64,000 nt of DNA from NCBI RefSeq assembly GCF_009914755.1, contig NC_060944.1; one strand, 5' to 3'. Numbering within the stretch: position 1 is the stretch's first letter; each line of letters starts with the position of its first letter. Positions 1 through 14,403 of the stretch are shown here, piece after piece. The position numbers were made by a program, and so were the translations under genes. The notes under the pieces are model-generated. The model saw only the letters and a program-made list of their open reading frames with translations, was not told the origin of the DNA and searched no databases. This DNA is from the human T2T-CHM13v2.0 reference genome, Homo sapiens.

Positions 1-2546
1 TTAAGTTAGCTCTGGATTTTGCCATTAATCAATCACATTCTTTGTTATATAGCCCACCCACCTTAAAAAGAGGCATAGAAGTTAAGAAATGACTGAAATG
101 GCAACTATAAACCAATACTTTTTCATTGACCAGATTTAATATTGGTATGAACATTGGCATATCAAAAATGAAAAGCAAGAAAGAAGAAACATTAATATAT
201 TATTAAGACAAGGCCAATTCCCTGCACTGATTTTTGTAGGGCTTAAAACTGTTCAAAATAATCCAGAAAAAGGAGGAAGCCTTAGGGTGTGTGGCCAAGA
301 AAAGCACAGAAAAATCTCTCTGCAGTGCACTTGCATGTTTAAAGCTGATTATTGTATTTTTCATCTAGAGAGACTGAGTGTTCATTAGGGTCTTGTGTCC
401 CTAGGCAGGAGATGCTGAGCATAATTGGAGTTTCTATTTGATTGGGCAATATAGTCTAGAGAAGAAACTGGGGTAAAGATAATTAATAGCTTGCTAACAA
501 AGTCTGACAGCCACAAGATTTCAACCAAATTTATTTCACACTGCTTCATTTAGCTCTGAAAAAGTTTTGATAGAATTGTAGGCTCCTTAATTAACACTTG
601 AAAGCAAAAGAAACATACCTTCTATTTTGCTGCCACATTTAGTTATGACAGATTTTCTTACTGTTTTTCTTCTTTTTGTAAAAACTTTATTTGCTATCCA
701 ATTATATATCTCACAAACGTTATGTTTGGGAAGTGTTTAATTGTGCATTTTGAACCCAGTCATAATTGATTTTAAAGGGTGGGGTGCAGCGAAATGAAAA
801 ACCCAATTAGTAACTGGTAGACAGTTTTACAGAACCGCAATATTAATGAATTCATTATGTTTATTCATTCACTAATATTTTGCTGATCCTTGGACTTGAT
901 GTGTTTTGGTTGTGCTCTTCAAAAAATCAAATTTTAGTTTTCTTAGTAAATCTATGCGTTTTTGTAACTCTGTTTTTATTTCAGGGTAATAAATAGATGT
1001 GCGTTTGTCTGTGTGTATATATATGTGTCCAAACTAAGGGGCATATCTCTGATTTAATTTTCCCATGGTAAAACCTGGCATATTATCATTAATATTTGTA
1101 GTAGTTGGTAATGTTGATATTATTGATTGTGGCACTTTTAAAGGATTAATTTTTCTTTACTCATTTCGGAAGAGATGAATATTAGTCATCTGTCACTTTG
1201 GGTCAGGTATAAGTGATTCTCCCTGAATATAAGCAAATTTATTCTTTATGTTTAGGCTGGTCAGGATATTTTTATGCAGTCAGAGATAAATGAAAGGCAT
1301 TGCTACAGCTGAAGGACTTTTCTAGTGGCTTTATTTATGTTGTTTCTGGATAATAAAATAACATAGATGAGCATTTTAGACAGATTTATTAATAGACAGA
1401 TTTATTAAGAATGTTTAAAATAGCCTTATTATTAAAACCATTAGAGATTTTGGACTAAAAATTGAAAAAAAAATCAATTTTTTTTCTTTTAAATTCTAAA
1501 TAAAATAATAAAAACAAACCCCCCAGATGTTGAGAAGACATGGATGGGCCTGTTGCACTCTTTACCTATATGCAACCATTTTGTTTCAGACCTAATTCAG
1601 TGAACAAAATTTTTTGAGAAGATACATTTAACTACTTTTTCAAGCTTTGTAGTATAAATGCATTTCTTCCAATATAAGATTTTCCTATTATAAGTTGCAA
1701 AGAATGGATCCTCTGCAAAACCCACTTGATAAGGGCTCTACTCATTTATTTTTCTTTCCTGCTACCCCAAACTCACTGCATACATCAGGCATAGCTTCCA
1801 GGGTGAGCTTTGTTAGTTTTTCTGAGTAGACTTAGCCATTTACTATGCTAGTCACATACTTCACTTGCCTAAGCAATGGATTTTGGCGTTCTATTGAAGA
1901 GGGAATATGGTTTGGAAGAGTGTCTCCCCCTCCTCTGAGTTCAATTTACTAGTTGAGATTTGCAAGCCTGAAATGCTTGAAGCAGCTCAGGCACGATAGC
2001 AGTGCAAGCTTTAAAATCTAGGTGTAGCTGTTAATCCTTTACAGAGGCACATAAGTCTCCAGGAGTAGCTCGGCTAGCTGTGAGCAAGATGTATGCTTTT
2101 CATGTACTGCGTACTCATGGGCTGAGGGATTATTGATTTTCTTTCACAGTTGTAAAAACAGCAATTGGTGATCATACCACACGTACAGTACACACCAAGT
2201 TGCTTTCCTATCTGTGAAGAATCTCCTTGTATTCTTTAATATTTAACATTGAACTTTCCAACTTGCTGTTTTCCATAAGGCTCTTTTCACATAGCAATTA
2301 CTCAAGACAGAAAATAGCCACTTACTATCTTTTATAAATGAAAGAAGGTTCTAAGAAACTTCTTACATTCAGCCATCATAGTGAAATTTTTCATTGCTGG
2401 CTTGCACGCACATATATTGCTTGTTGTGGTGACAGAGCAAACGTTCCTATTTGGATTTCTCATAGTATCAAGTCGTTTCTTTCTAGAGAGTAAAACCAAG
2501 CAAACTTTCTGGGACAATCATAAGAAAAAACATGGAAAACACTTAC
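1..2546 (-). other. FLRT3: FLRT3 intron 1 (5' part), no recognisable repeats
   Basis: Begins at the GTAAGT donor; no recognisable interspersed repeat in 2.5 kb. Confidence 0.7.
1377..1408. repeat. Perfect 16-bp tandem duplication (TAGACAGATTTATTAA)x2
   Basis: Directly visible. Confidence 0.9.
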
Positions 2547-2760
2547 CAGGAAGACGAGAAAAAGCAATCCTATATACACTGCCGCTATAGCTGTAATTCC
2601 ATTGACAGTGAATTGGAGTAATAGCCCTCCCCCGTCTCCCAAGCTCTGCGTCCAGTCCACACAAAGCCCACGGCAGCTGCAGGCTGAGCTTGTCCTGCTT
2701 CAGATCACTCCTACACTGAGGAGTGAGCGAGGGAGAGCATTCCAGTTTACTGCACACAGC
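2547..2760 (-). other. FLRT3: Non-coding first exon (5' UTR) of FLRT3
   Basis: Minus strand reads GCTGTGTGCAGTAAACTGGAATGCTCTCC...GGATTGCTTTTTCTCGTCTTCCTG|GTAAGT. Consensus splice donor at 2546-2541; locally GC-richer unique sequence; matches my recollection of the FLRT3 mRNA leader. TSS position approximate. Confidence 0.8.
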
Positions 2761-3000
2761 CCACCTCCAAGTCTGAAGTTTAAAGCTTCACCTCGCAGTG
2801 GCTGAAGAAGGGGGTGATGTCATAGATGGGCAGGACTTAGCCAAGATCTTGTTCAGTGAGGTAACTGGATAATCAGACAGATGAGCTTTGCAAACGCTAG
2901 AGGGGGCGAGAGCAGCCAAAATGAAGCATCAGCCTGCCAAAGCTAGGATGCCATTTGGTTTGTAGGCAGCCCTTTGGAATCTCAACATTTTCTAAAGTTT
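2761..3000 (-). promoter_or_regulatory. Putative non-CpG-island core/proximal promoter of FLRT3
   Basis: Immediately upstream of exon 1. TATA-like TTTAAA at 2779-2784, ~20-25 nt from the presumed start; CRE/ATF-like TGATGTCA near 2815-2822. Confidence 0.55.
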
Positions 3001-3261
3001 ACTACAAGGCAGTGGTAGCATACTTATGTATTTTTTTTAAAAAGCATGTTAGAAAGATATTTTTAAGATCACAATAGAAAAAGACAGGCTTTGTCTTATT
3101 TTTAAACCATCTGTATTGAAAAGAAGTTAACCAAAATCAAATTAGTTTTATTATTCACTAGCTAAAATAATGTTATAATTGTGGAAGATGTATGCCAGTA
3201 ATCCCAACTGTGAATGTTTATTCAACATATGAATAAACAGCAGATTCAAATATATACATCA

Positions 3262-3543
<282 letters not shown>

Positions 3544-5384
3544 TCATTTAGTTATGGGAAGGGCAATAGGAATGCCAAAAGATTTTTTTAAATGGTATTA
3601 AATGGTCTGTTCTTTTGGAGGCGAAGAAGTTACTGTTCTCTATGTTTTAGAAAATGAAAGTATGTTTTATGTACTTCTGCTACGTGTTTATATTATTTAA
3701 AATGGATTATTTATATTTAACGATCCCCCAATAAAATGTTTTTAAAAAATTTAATAGAATATTTTCCTTTCTAAATGTTTTTGCTGATCTGAGCATGGGT
3801 TTAGATATAAACATCTTAAGAAAAAAATCTTTCAGGGTGGTTTGCCTGGATTGAAATTATTTTAGTTTAATTTAGGTACATGAATAAACACTGGACAATT
3901 GTAAGACGTGGAGATTATAAATTTCTATGCCTAATTAACAGAATTATACTTGTATTTTTAATTATGATTTTTGTAGACTGGTTTCTGCTATTTGGTCAAC
4001 AATTGCTTTGTGCCCGTAAGTTTTCCATCAAATAAGTGTATTTCACTTGTTCATGTTGGTGGTAAGAACTTAGCTTTTATATTTACCTGGAGGACCGTTG
4101 TCTTAAACTAATATCTTTATTTGCTCTATTCTTAGAGGTGCATGACCTTCTCCTTTGTCCTTTCTCAATTTTTCCCTGCATGTTTATTTCTGAAGAAGGC
4201 CAGCTAATAGTCTTTCCCAGGACTATTTGATTGTGGTCTCTTCATTAGCTTCATTTAGTTTATCTATTTATATATTTGTTTGATAACAGTTTGACCTGAG
4301 TTCCCTTCCAAGAATGGGTGATATCAAAGTAGGTGAACCCTTGATAAGAAATGTATTGACCCTATTGTTCTATGATTGCACTTTTGTGGGCCTCAGAGGA
4401 CAGACCCATTAAATCTAGGAGTTTTAGATTCTAATGTCCATTGAAAAGCCAATTTCTTTGAACTGCTAGGTAGTACAATTAAACTGATATGCAGCAGCTG
4501 AATTTTGGGAGGAAAGGGAGGTGGATATTTTTCTGTTACTATGAAACAAAGACATGGATTAAATTATTTTATTAAATAATTATTTCTAGAAGCCATTTTC
4601 AGATAGGAGTTGGTTCTGTTTAAAAAAGAAAATTTTTGCCTGGTCAAATTCCTGTGGGTTTATAGCCATATTTAATCAGTTTCGTCTTCATTCAGGCAGG
4701 CCTTAAACAGAAAAGAAAGATCAATTGGTGAATTGGGTTATAGGTATCAAAAATAAATTGTACTGGCCTGGGAGTTAGCAGTTTGGAGGTTTCCCTTCTC
4801 TGGGCTGCCATTGTTATATGACTTCATATTTGTTGCCCTAGGCTTTGGTTTCATCACTTGACAAATAAAGGCAGCAAGGATTTATTAAATGCCAATTATT
4901 TTTTGTTGCTTTTTTTCCCCTTTTAAGCTATGGATTAAAATATGGGAAAAGAAAAGAAATTGTGAAAATATATTCTATACTGGGGTACTGACTTTGGGGG
5001 CAAACTCTTAGTAGAATCTGTGGCCTCCTATTCTGTCCAAAAATATATACTCTTTTGCTGCATACATAGTTTTTCACTTCCCGCTCTTATCAGCTACCTG
5101 AAATGCTACTAGTTGAAGGTGAATTTATAATAATGTGTGCCCCCTTTGAAATAGTATGTACAATCTCTGGAAACATGAGGTTATCATGAGTTACTTCAGA
5201 TTGCCCTCCTCTTTTGTTTTCTAAGGCACTTTGGCTACAATAAGGGGATGACTGTTTTGATTGAAGGGGATGGAATGCTGGCAATCTTTAGCATGAAACC
5301 CTTTTGGCTGTAATAGGAAGGGAGGAGGTGGATTCTCATATCAGGAAGGACTTGGCTCAGGGTAGAGGACAACCAGTGTAGTAG

Positions 5385-5545
5385 ACCTGGGTAGTTTAAG
5401 AACATGGGCTTCAGAGACTAGCACAGCTGGGCTCCATGTTGGCTTTGCCACATGACTGTAGACAAATTACTTAATCTCTTTGAGTTTGTTAGCTCAGTGC
5501 CTGACTCATAGTAAGTGCTCAATAAGACGATAGCTGTCATTATTT
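5385..5545 (+). mobile_element. MIR fragment
   Basis: GACAAATTACTTAATCTCT core and CAGTGCCTGACTCATAGTAAGTGCTCAATAA 3' end. Confidence 0.7.
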
Positions 5546-6245
5546 AAGATGGGGGACATCCAAGCACCTGGAACAAAAAGGACACTAAGAATGGGAGAAG
5601 AATACACAAAGGGAGGTAGTACAGGGCCAATAACAGATTTTTGGAATTTTTCAAATTTCTCTTTGAAGTAATTTTACAGTCAGTAAATGGAAGTGGAAAA
5701 GAGAGGAATAGAAGAGCATTTCATTGATTTTTTTTTTCTCTTGTACTTACACATCTCATGACCTCATGTTCCCAGAACTTAACACTTAGTTGGGTTCTAG
5801 TAGATATTTTGGGTTGAAAAGATGTTTGCTGTTTTGCATTTTGTTCTGTTTTGTTGGCTAGCCTGTGAATCTAGCATTGTACGTGAGAAAGTGCATTTCA
5901 GATTGAAAGCAACTGGTTTGGAAATGAACTTCAATAACATATCCCAGTTTTAAAACTCTAGGACTATCTAAACTTGTCATCTCAAAGGACTTTGTGGTGT
6001 TCTTTGTTTGTTTTTATGAGAAAATGTGAGATGTTCACTAGTGGACATGAAAGTAGATTGGATTTGGAATTGGGTTTCCCAGGTTCTGCCATTTACTTGT
6101 ATATCCAGACAAAAAAATGAAAAACAACATACACACAGAAGCCTCAAATCTGTCTTTTAGTTACCAACTACCAGCTGAAACTGACTAAAACACACAGTCA
6201 TTTCATGGAACAATACAATTCAGGTCTGTCTAGAGTTAAGCTACC

Positions 6246-6320
6246 TCATTCACACATTCATTCATTCAGTCTTCACATTCATTTATTCATTCATCATATA
6301 CATATTTATTGACTCCCTGT
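6246..6320 (-). mobile_element. L2 3' end / (CATT)n
   Basis: CATTCATTCATTCA...ATATTTATTGA pattern. Confidence 0.55.
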
Positions 6321-6460
6321 GTAAAAGAAACTAGTAGGACTAGATGATCCCCAAACTATCTCCAACTATGAAGTTCTGAGATTTAATCTTAGAAGACATT
6401 AAGGTTCTTTTAAGCCTAAGAAACATTCTTCATGATTTTCCTTTCCCTCAGCATTCTTCA

Positions 6461-6825
<365 letters not shown>

Positions 6826-6840
6826 TTAAATGTCTTGGAC

Positions 6841-7420
6841 TGTTATTAGTTAAGATACTTTTGGTTGCAAGTCATTGAAGATCTAAGCCTTACCTGCAAA
6901 ATCAACAATGGGAATCCATTGGTTCATGTAACTGAGAAGTTAAAATGTATAGTACAACTTCAGGTAAAGCTTGATACATGGCTTAAAATATGTCAATAAG
7001 AATACAGTTTCTCTCTGGCTCTCTGTCCTGCCTTTCTCATTGTTGGCAGCCTCCTCAGGCTATATACAGTGGACCTTTGGCAGCTCTGGGATTTCCTCTT
7101 AGGCAATAACAGTTCCACATATCACATTCCCATAACACAATGTTCAAGGGAGAGAAGCGTCCTCCAAAAGCCCCTGCACGGAGCCCTGGGGGGGTCACTG
7201 TTTCTCATTTGCTTAAACTTGATCACAGGTTCATTCCCGAACCTATTACATGGGTGGGGAGATAACGCTGGTGAGCTTAAGCCCAATGCAGGAGCTGCAG
7301 ATAAGCCCAGCCTTACTCAGACACAGAACTGAGAATGGAGGACAGGGCATGATCCAAAGGAAAATGGGGTACTCTTAGGTTGAGAAGGAAGGAGTGGATG
7401 CTAAGGATCAGCTCATTTTC
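6841..7420. mobile_element. Old MaLR LTR (MLT1J/K-like)
   Basis: Terminus TGTTATTAGTTAAGATACTTTTTGGTTGCAAGT resembles MLT1J/K; highly diverged. Confidence 0.5.
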
Positions 7421-10400
7421 AGAGGTTTTACCATGCTGAAACTTGGGCATATTTTATACATGTATAAACTTGAAACTGCTCTTTTTCTCTTTGTCTTTTT
7501 TTTCTTAAGCCAGAGTTTCTGTTAAAATTGCCAAAACATCTTTAAAAGATACTCTTATTTGTAGACGCTCTCAAGTCTAGCCCAGATTTTTCTGTCAACA
7601 GGTAGTGATGCATGTCAGGGCACATCAGTATTACATCTTAGCATAAGCCTATAGGATGTTAATAAAATATATAGAGAGTGCACTATCTGTAATTCTGTGA
7701 AGTCAGGCCAGATGCTTAATGTAGTAGTTAGAAACTATACCACATCTTTCTCAACAATTCCAAAGGGTATTGGAGAAATAATTAGATTTTAGCAGGTCAC
7801 GGATGCCTTAGAATGCCGAAAGGTTTTGAAAATGCTACGTTAAACTGTTCTTTTGTTCTGATATTTGCCTTTTATTAGTCAACACTTAAAATGTACCTAA
7901 AAACAATCACATAACCCTTTTAACTATATTCCCAAAACATTCTGCACTGGAATGAGATCTGTCATTACAGGACTTGAAACAGATATCAAAGCAAAATCAG
8001 AGTGGTTATTTCCCTGCCTGCCTGCCTGCTTGCCCACCCTCTGGTACACCCTTCTTTTCCCCAACACTCATGTTGGACTGTTACACTTTGGGGACTGGGA
8101 GAAATGCAATTAAAAATCACAACTGAGAAAAAGCACCTCCTTGGCCTCCCAGGAAAGAAAGGAGGAATTGTGGTTCAGAATAAGCTAGTAAAAGTCACGG
8201 GGTGTGGCAGTAGCTGGTGCAAAACTAGAAGCCTGCTGATCCCTACTTTCTTCCCTCTTCAGCACCTCCATATATGGCCATGCAGATACAGCATATAGAA
8301 CTCCAGCTGATATAGGTCAAAGCTGTGTCCTTGACCCCTTGCCACTCCCCAGTGCCCTGTCCCCTTCACTTGTTTTAAAATGTTAAAAAAAAAAAAAGAC
8401 TTAAAATGATCCTTGAAAAAAATGAGAGACTTGGAGGAAGCAGATTGAGTCAATCATTTCTATATGATACTTTCTATGTGGCCCTGAGAAAATAACTGGA
8501 GCTCTTTGAGCCTTAGTTCCTTTATTTATGAAGACAGGTATGTGGCACCCACCTAATTTCCTATTATGGACTTCAAATAAAGTGGTGGATGTAATAGTTC
8601 ACTACTAAATCCGAGAAAGCACATACCAAGACTGAGTTGAAACCTGGGGATAGTTGCTTTTAATCTTCATAGTGATGAGTGGGGCCAGGATCAGTTCAAA
8701 AGAAACAATTCACTAATGTCAAATTGAACTGTGTGCTTTAACAATTTATCTTTGGGAATGAAACAATTTGAGAAATGCTTCTGCCTTCTCTCCTGGATGC
8801 TAGACTTTGAGATAACAGTATCTAACCCTGGTTCTGAGACTTAATTACAAATCAAAGGACAAATTCCTTATCTTTGGCAATGATTAGTATAAAATACAGC
8901 TTTGGAGGAATGACTAACAGTTAATAGGAGCAGATCAATATGTGTCTGATTATTGACATGTGGATCAACAAGATATTATACAAGTGGATTGCCCTGAAGC
9001 ACGTGATTTTCTCTGTGTAGCCAGCTACTGCTGTCAGTTTGGACCAAAGTGGTCGTCATTTTGAAACCATCTTATTGTTTCACTATTTCTGGAGTATTGG
9101 TGCTAATTTTAGACACACAAATAGACTTTCTGAAAGGAAGATTTTCTGAAATTGTCAGATTTTTTTTTCTGGAAACTGGCTCTGTAGTTCTCCTTGTATT
9201 GGAGATTATCTCTTTGCTATTTCTCTGCAGTCTAGACTACTTGGGTACATTAACATGCTTAATGTTGAAAGAAACATGTTTAAGGTAGAGTCAAAGACTG
9301 TTTTCTATTTTATCAGTTTATTAATGACTATGGAAATTGCCCTTCATTGGCACTGTCTGCAGGAAGCAGATTTACTACAATTAGCATTTATTGCCCCTTG
9401 GGAACTGATATGAACTGATTATTTGCCAGATTTTCGGGGATCAAGTATCAGTTGATTAGATTTGGATTATGTAAATGTTTTACAATCTATTCCAAATAAA
9501 ATAAGTTAAAAATTAAGTCACATTTACCATTGGGAAATTTTCTGTAAAATATAAAGGTACTTAAATTTTCTAAGCATGATTTATGATAAATATGTTATAT
9601 ATTAACTAGACTCACTTAGTTCATTCTGTAAATGATTAACCTCAAATTTGAGGAATTTGAAAACATTTTATAATTTTTTCACTAGTTTTGTTTGTTTTTT
9701 GTTTTGTTTGACATTTGAAGTGTATTCATGCTGGAAATTCACAAATACTTTGCTAGGTTTCCTATGTGGATTTAAAAATTAAGATCTAGACTGAACAAGT
9801 TTATTTAAAGTACACAAATATTGCCAAAATGTATTTATAGTTTAATGAGCTTTCATTCTTATGTTCAAAGTTGTTTTAAAAATTGAAGGTAGACTTGAAA
9901 AAGAATAAAAAAGTGTGTCACTTTTTAAAGTTATTAATTTTTGTTTGGAGAAATTCAAGGAGCTTTTTGGTTGTTTAATTCTCATGTGTACATAGAAGCA
10001 ACACACAACTGTTTGAGCAGCTTTGGATGTAACCCCTCTTTGTTTTCTTCAGTAGCCCAGGGAACAGACTTGTCACTCTTAAGTGCTCACGTGTAATCCT
10101 GTCCTCCCTTTCTTCCCCAAGGCAAATCAGAAATAAGCTTATCAGATCATATCTTATTAACAAAGAACAAAGGATTTTGACTGACCAAAGAGTAGGAAAG
10201 GACTAGCAAAATATAAATGTTAAATGTTTGCTGCCAAAAATCCTAGTTTGACAGTGGTTTTAGGTAACTAAACTTTTTTTGAAAGTAGGATTTACATATT
10301 TTTAAAACATTTGCCTGAATTATACTTTGTCTAGGATTTTAAGTGCATTAGTTAATGGCTTTACCTATATTTTATATATGAATTAAGTACAATTGTCACT

Positions 10401-10654
10401 CATTATTATTGTCATTGTTATTATTATTTGTTCCTTACAAGCAAATCTTTCTAGCTTATATCTGAGAGAAGTTAGAGACAATTATATTATATCCTATGTG
10501 TTTTCAGTATAAAGTGTTTTAACAGAAAGTATAAATAGCCTTCTAATAAAGGGAGAAGTGTTTTTCTGATAGAAAGTACAATACATTATTTAGGTAATTA
10601 TAAGGAACTTTTAAATCATATTTGTGTCTTGTTTTCTTGGTTATTTTTATTTGA

Positions 10655-10942
<288 letters not shown>

Positions 10943-10966
10943 TAACTTTAGAAAGGAAGACAGCAG

Positions 10967-11491
<525 letters not shown>

Positions 11492-13123
11492 TCACATTCT
11501 ATCAATTGTTTTTTTAAACTTTCTTTTCCCTTGGCTTCTTTGCTCCTACATTATCTGATTCTGCTTAAGGAAGAGCCCCTGAACAAAGAACAGATATTAC
11601 CATCTCCATTCTAATATAGCTGATTTCTAGTAATTGTATAGCAGATGCTCGTTCAAGCACCTATTTATGTGTATTCTAACAAAAACATGGTATTCAGGCT
11701 CAGAGAGGTTACAGTTTTTTAAAACACTTTATCCAACTTACTAGCATTCTCTTTGTTTTGTTTAGATTGATTTTACTATCATCTAAGTCTCAGAATTTGC
11801 TAATTAGGAGGAATGGGTGGTGATGTCTAAGTAATCTGTTGCTTTGAGAGTGTTTAGTAGAAACTCAGACGGAACAAAAGGAGTAAGAAGGAGAAGGTAG
11901 AACAGGTACTCTAAGAGGACCCCTAGTTTAATGCCTTGTTTGCCACGTGTCTTCCCTTGGTCAGTTTTTCAACAAATGCTTATTGAATAGCAAGGTGTGC
12001 CTCATAAGTCTGATCTCTTTTACTATATTCTCTGTTTTTCAAAGACTTTATAACTAACTTTCCCAAGTTGGTCTGTCCACTTATACATAGATTATAGGTT
12101 GGACAAAACCATCTCATGACATAGATATATAGGTTCTTGAGCAATCTCAAAGAAATGACAAAGAAACTTTTTCGTGGTCTGTGGGTGAGAAGGTCAGCAA
12201 CAATTTAACCAATGTGCTCTAGATCACAAAACGTATTTGAAATGAGACTGAAAGCAGCTAGAGGAAAAGTTTTTGAAGAGATAGTAAGGAGAGAATCAGA
12301 GGTGCTAAGATAGCAACAGCATGTTAATTTGAGGTGAAAAGTGTCCTAATTAGTAGGTAGATTTTGGACTCTTTATCAGTTACTATGGTGGTAAGTACAA
12401 GCAAGGAAGACAGAGGAAATTCTCTAGGAACATTCATAATGCACATATGAGAGGTCACCCATCCTTGTAGTGCGTTTTGGGGATGGATAGAGGAAATTGC
12501 TGAATTATAGAGGCCAATTATGAAAAAGAAAGTACGTAGATTTGGGCTAAATAATAATATCGATGTAATGAGACCAGTATTCTAATAATGATAATAGCAT
12601 GAAAAGAGTAGTGGACAGCTAAATATAGACGAAAATATAGTAAAATCTGATTGTACAGGATGGTAAGGGTACACAAATATGGAGATGTGTTACTAGTCTG
12701 GAATGTGACCTAATCCTGCTGATTTCCATCTTTTGCTCTTCCAGGGAAGAGAGATGAGGCTTTCCAAAAGCTGCCACTTTTAAGTTTACAGGAGAATCCA
12801 TGGGATTCCCAAGTTTTTATCTGTTCTGCATTCAGAAATGCAATTCCTTGGCTAAGAAAGGGTCCCCTCTACCATTTGCTTTAGAAGAATGAAAACTGAC
12901 CCTTGCCAAGAGAGCCAGAACTAAGCCTTGGCTATTAAAACGAAGATATGGGACATGGGGCCAACATGTCCCAGCCAGATCACCCACACATCCATTAGGA
13001 ATATGGGGCAGCTTTCAGGGGTTTCTGGTGTGTATCCAGGTTAACATCTAGCCTAACATTGCCATGTCAGTGGAGGCAACAGAGTCATCCAAGATATGAA
13101 ACCAGAACAAATGTATAGGTATA

Positions 13124-13507
<384 letters not shown>

Positions 13508-13966
13508 TTAAGGGTTCATGGTAATTTGTATCAGAATGTACATGAAAGAAAATATCAAGAAGGAAGGTATACCAGTTCAGGATGTGTTATCTACTAAATA
13601 GTGTGCCAGAATCCTAATAGGCATTTCTATTTACATTTGGCTCCTCTGAACCTTATTACTTCCTTCAACTTGTCTTTTATGAACAACATCTTTTATTAGT
13701 AGACAAAAAAAAAAAAGAATTTCTTATCAGTTTAGGAAAACCACCAATTGTCCTGTTATCTCAAGGAATGATTTTTGGTGGAATGTACCCTAATTCTATT
13801 TTTTCTCCTCAGTATCTTTAATATGTGATGCTTACAGATTCATTAAAAAATAAATGAATATTTATGACTTGGAATTTTATGCTATCAGGAACCATATATG
13901 CATTTTTTAACTGTAAGAAATGAACTGACCACTACTGTCTATTTCCATCAGACTTGTTTCAATTAA

Positions 13967-14245
13967 CAGCACTTTGGGAGGCTGAGGCAGGCAGATCACT
14001 TGAGCCTAGGAGTTCAAGACTAGCTTGGGCAACATGATGAAGTCCCATCTCTACAAAAAATACAAGAATTAGCTGGGCATGGTGGTACATGCCTATGGTT
14101 CCAGCTACTTGGGAGGCTGAGGTGGGAGGATTGCTTGAGCTTAGGAGGTGGAGGTTACAGTGGGCCATGATCACCCCACTGTATTCCTGCCTGGGTAACA
14201 GAATGAGGCCCTGTCTCTAAATAAATAAACAAACAAATAAATAAA
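13967..14245 (+). mobile_element. AluJ, 5' truncated
   Basis: GAGGTGGGAGGATTGCTTGAGC J-type diagnostics. Confidence 0.9.
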
Positions 14246-14403
14246 TGGAAAATAAAAATAATCTGAATTCCCACTATCCAGTATTAACATTGGGTGGTTT
14301 AAAGCCTTTCAAATATTTACAACTTGTACCTATATACAAACTTTTTTTTTTTTTTTTTACAAATTAGGAAAATAGTGTACTTGTTTTATAACTTATTTGT
14401 TTT

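Noticed and set aside
2332-2805. Five overlapping 60-80 aa ORFs around the exon
   Set aside because: Mostly non-ATG starts, several cross the splice donor into intron, and no recognisable protein; the region is best explained as a 5' UTR exon.
11790-13100. Purine-rich stretch possibly an ancient LINE/LTR remnant or pseudogene
   Set aside because: No family or protein motif could be identified by eye.
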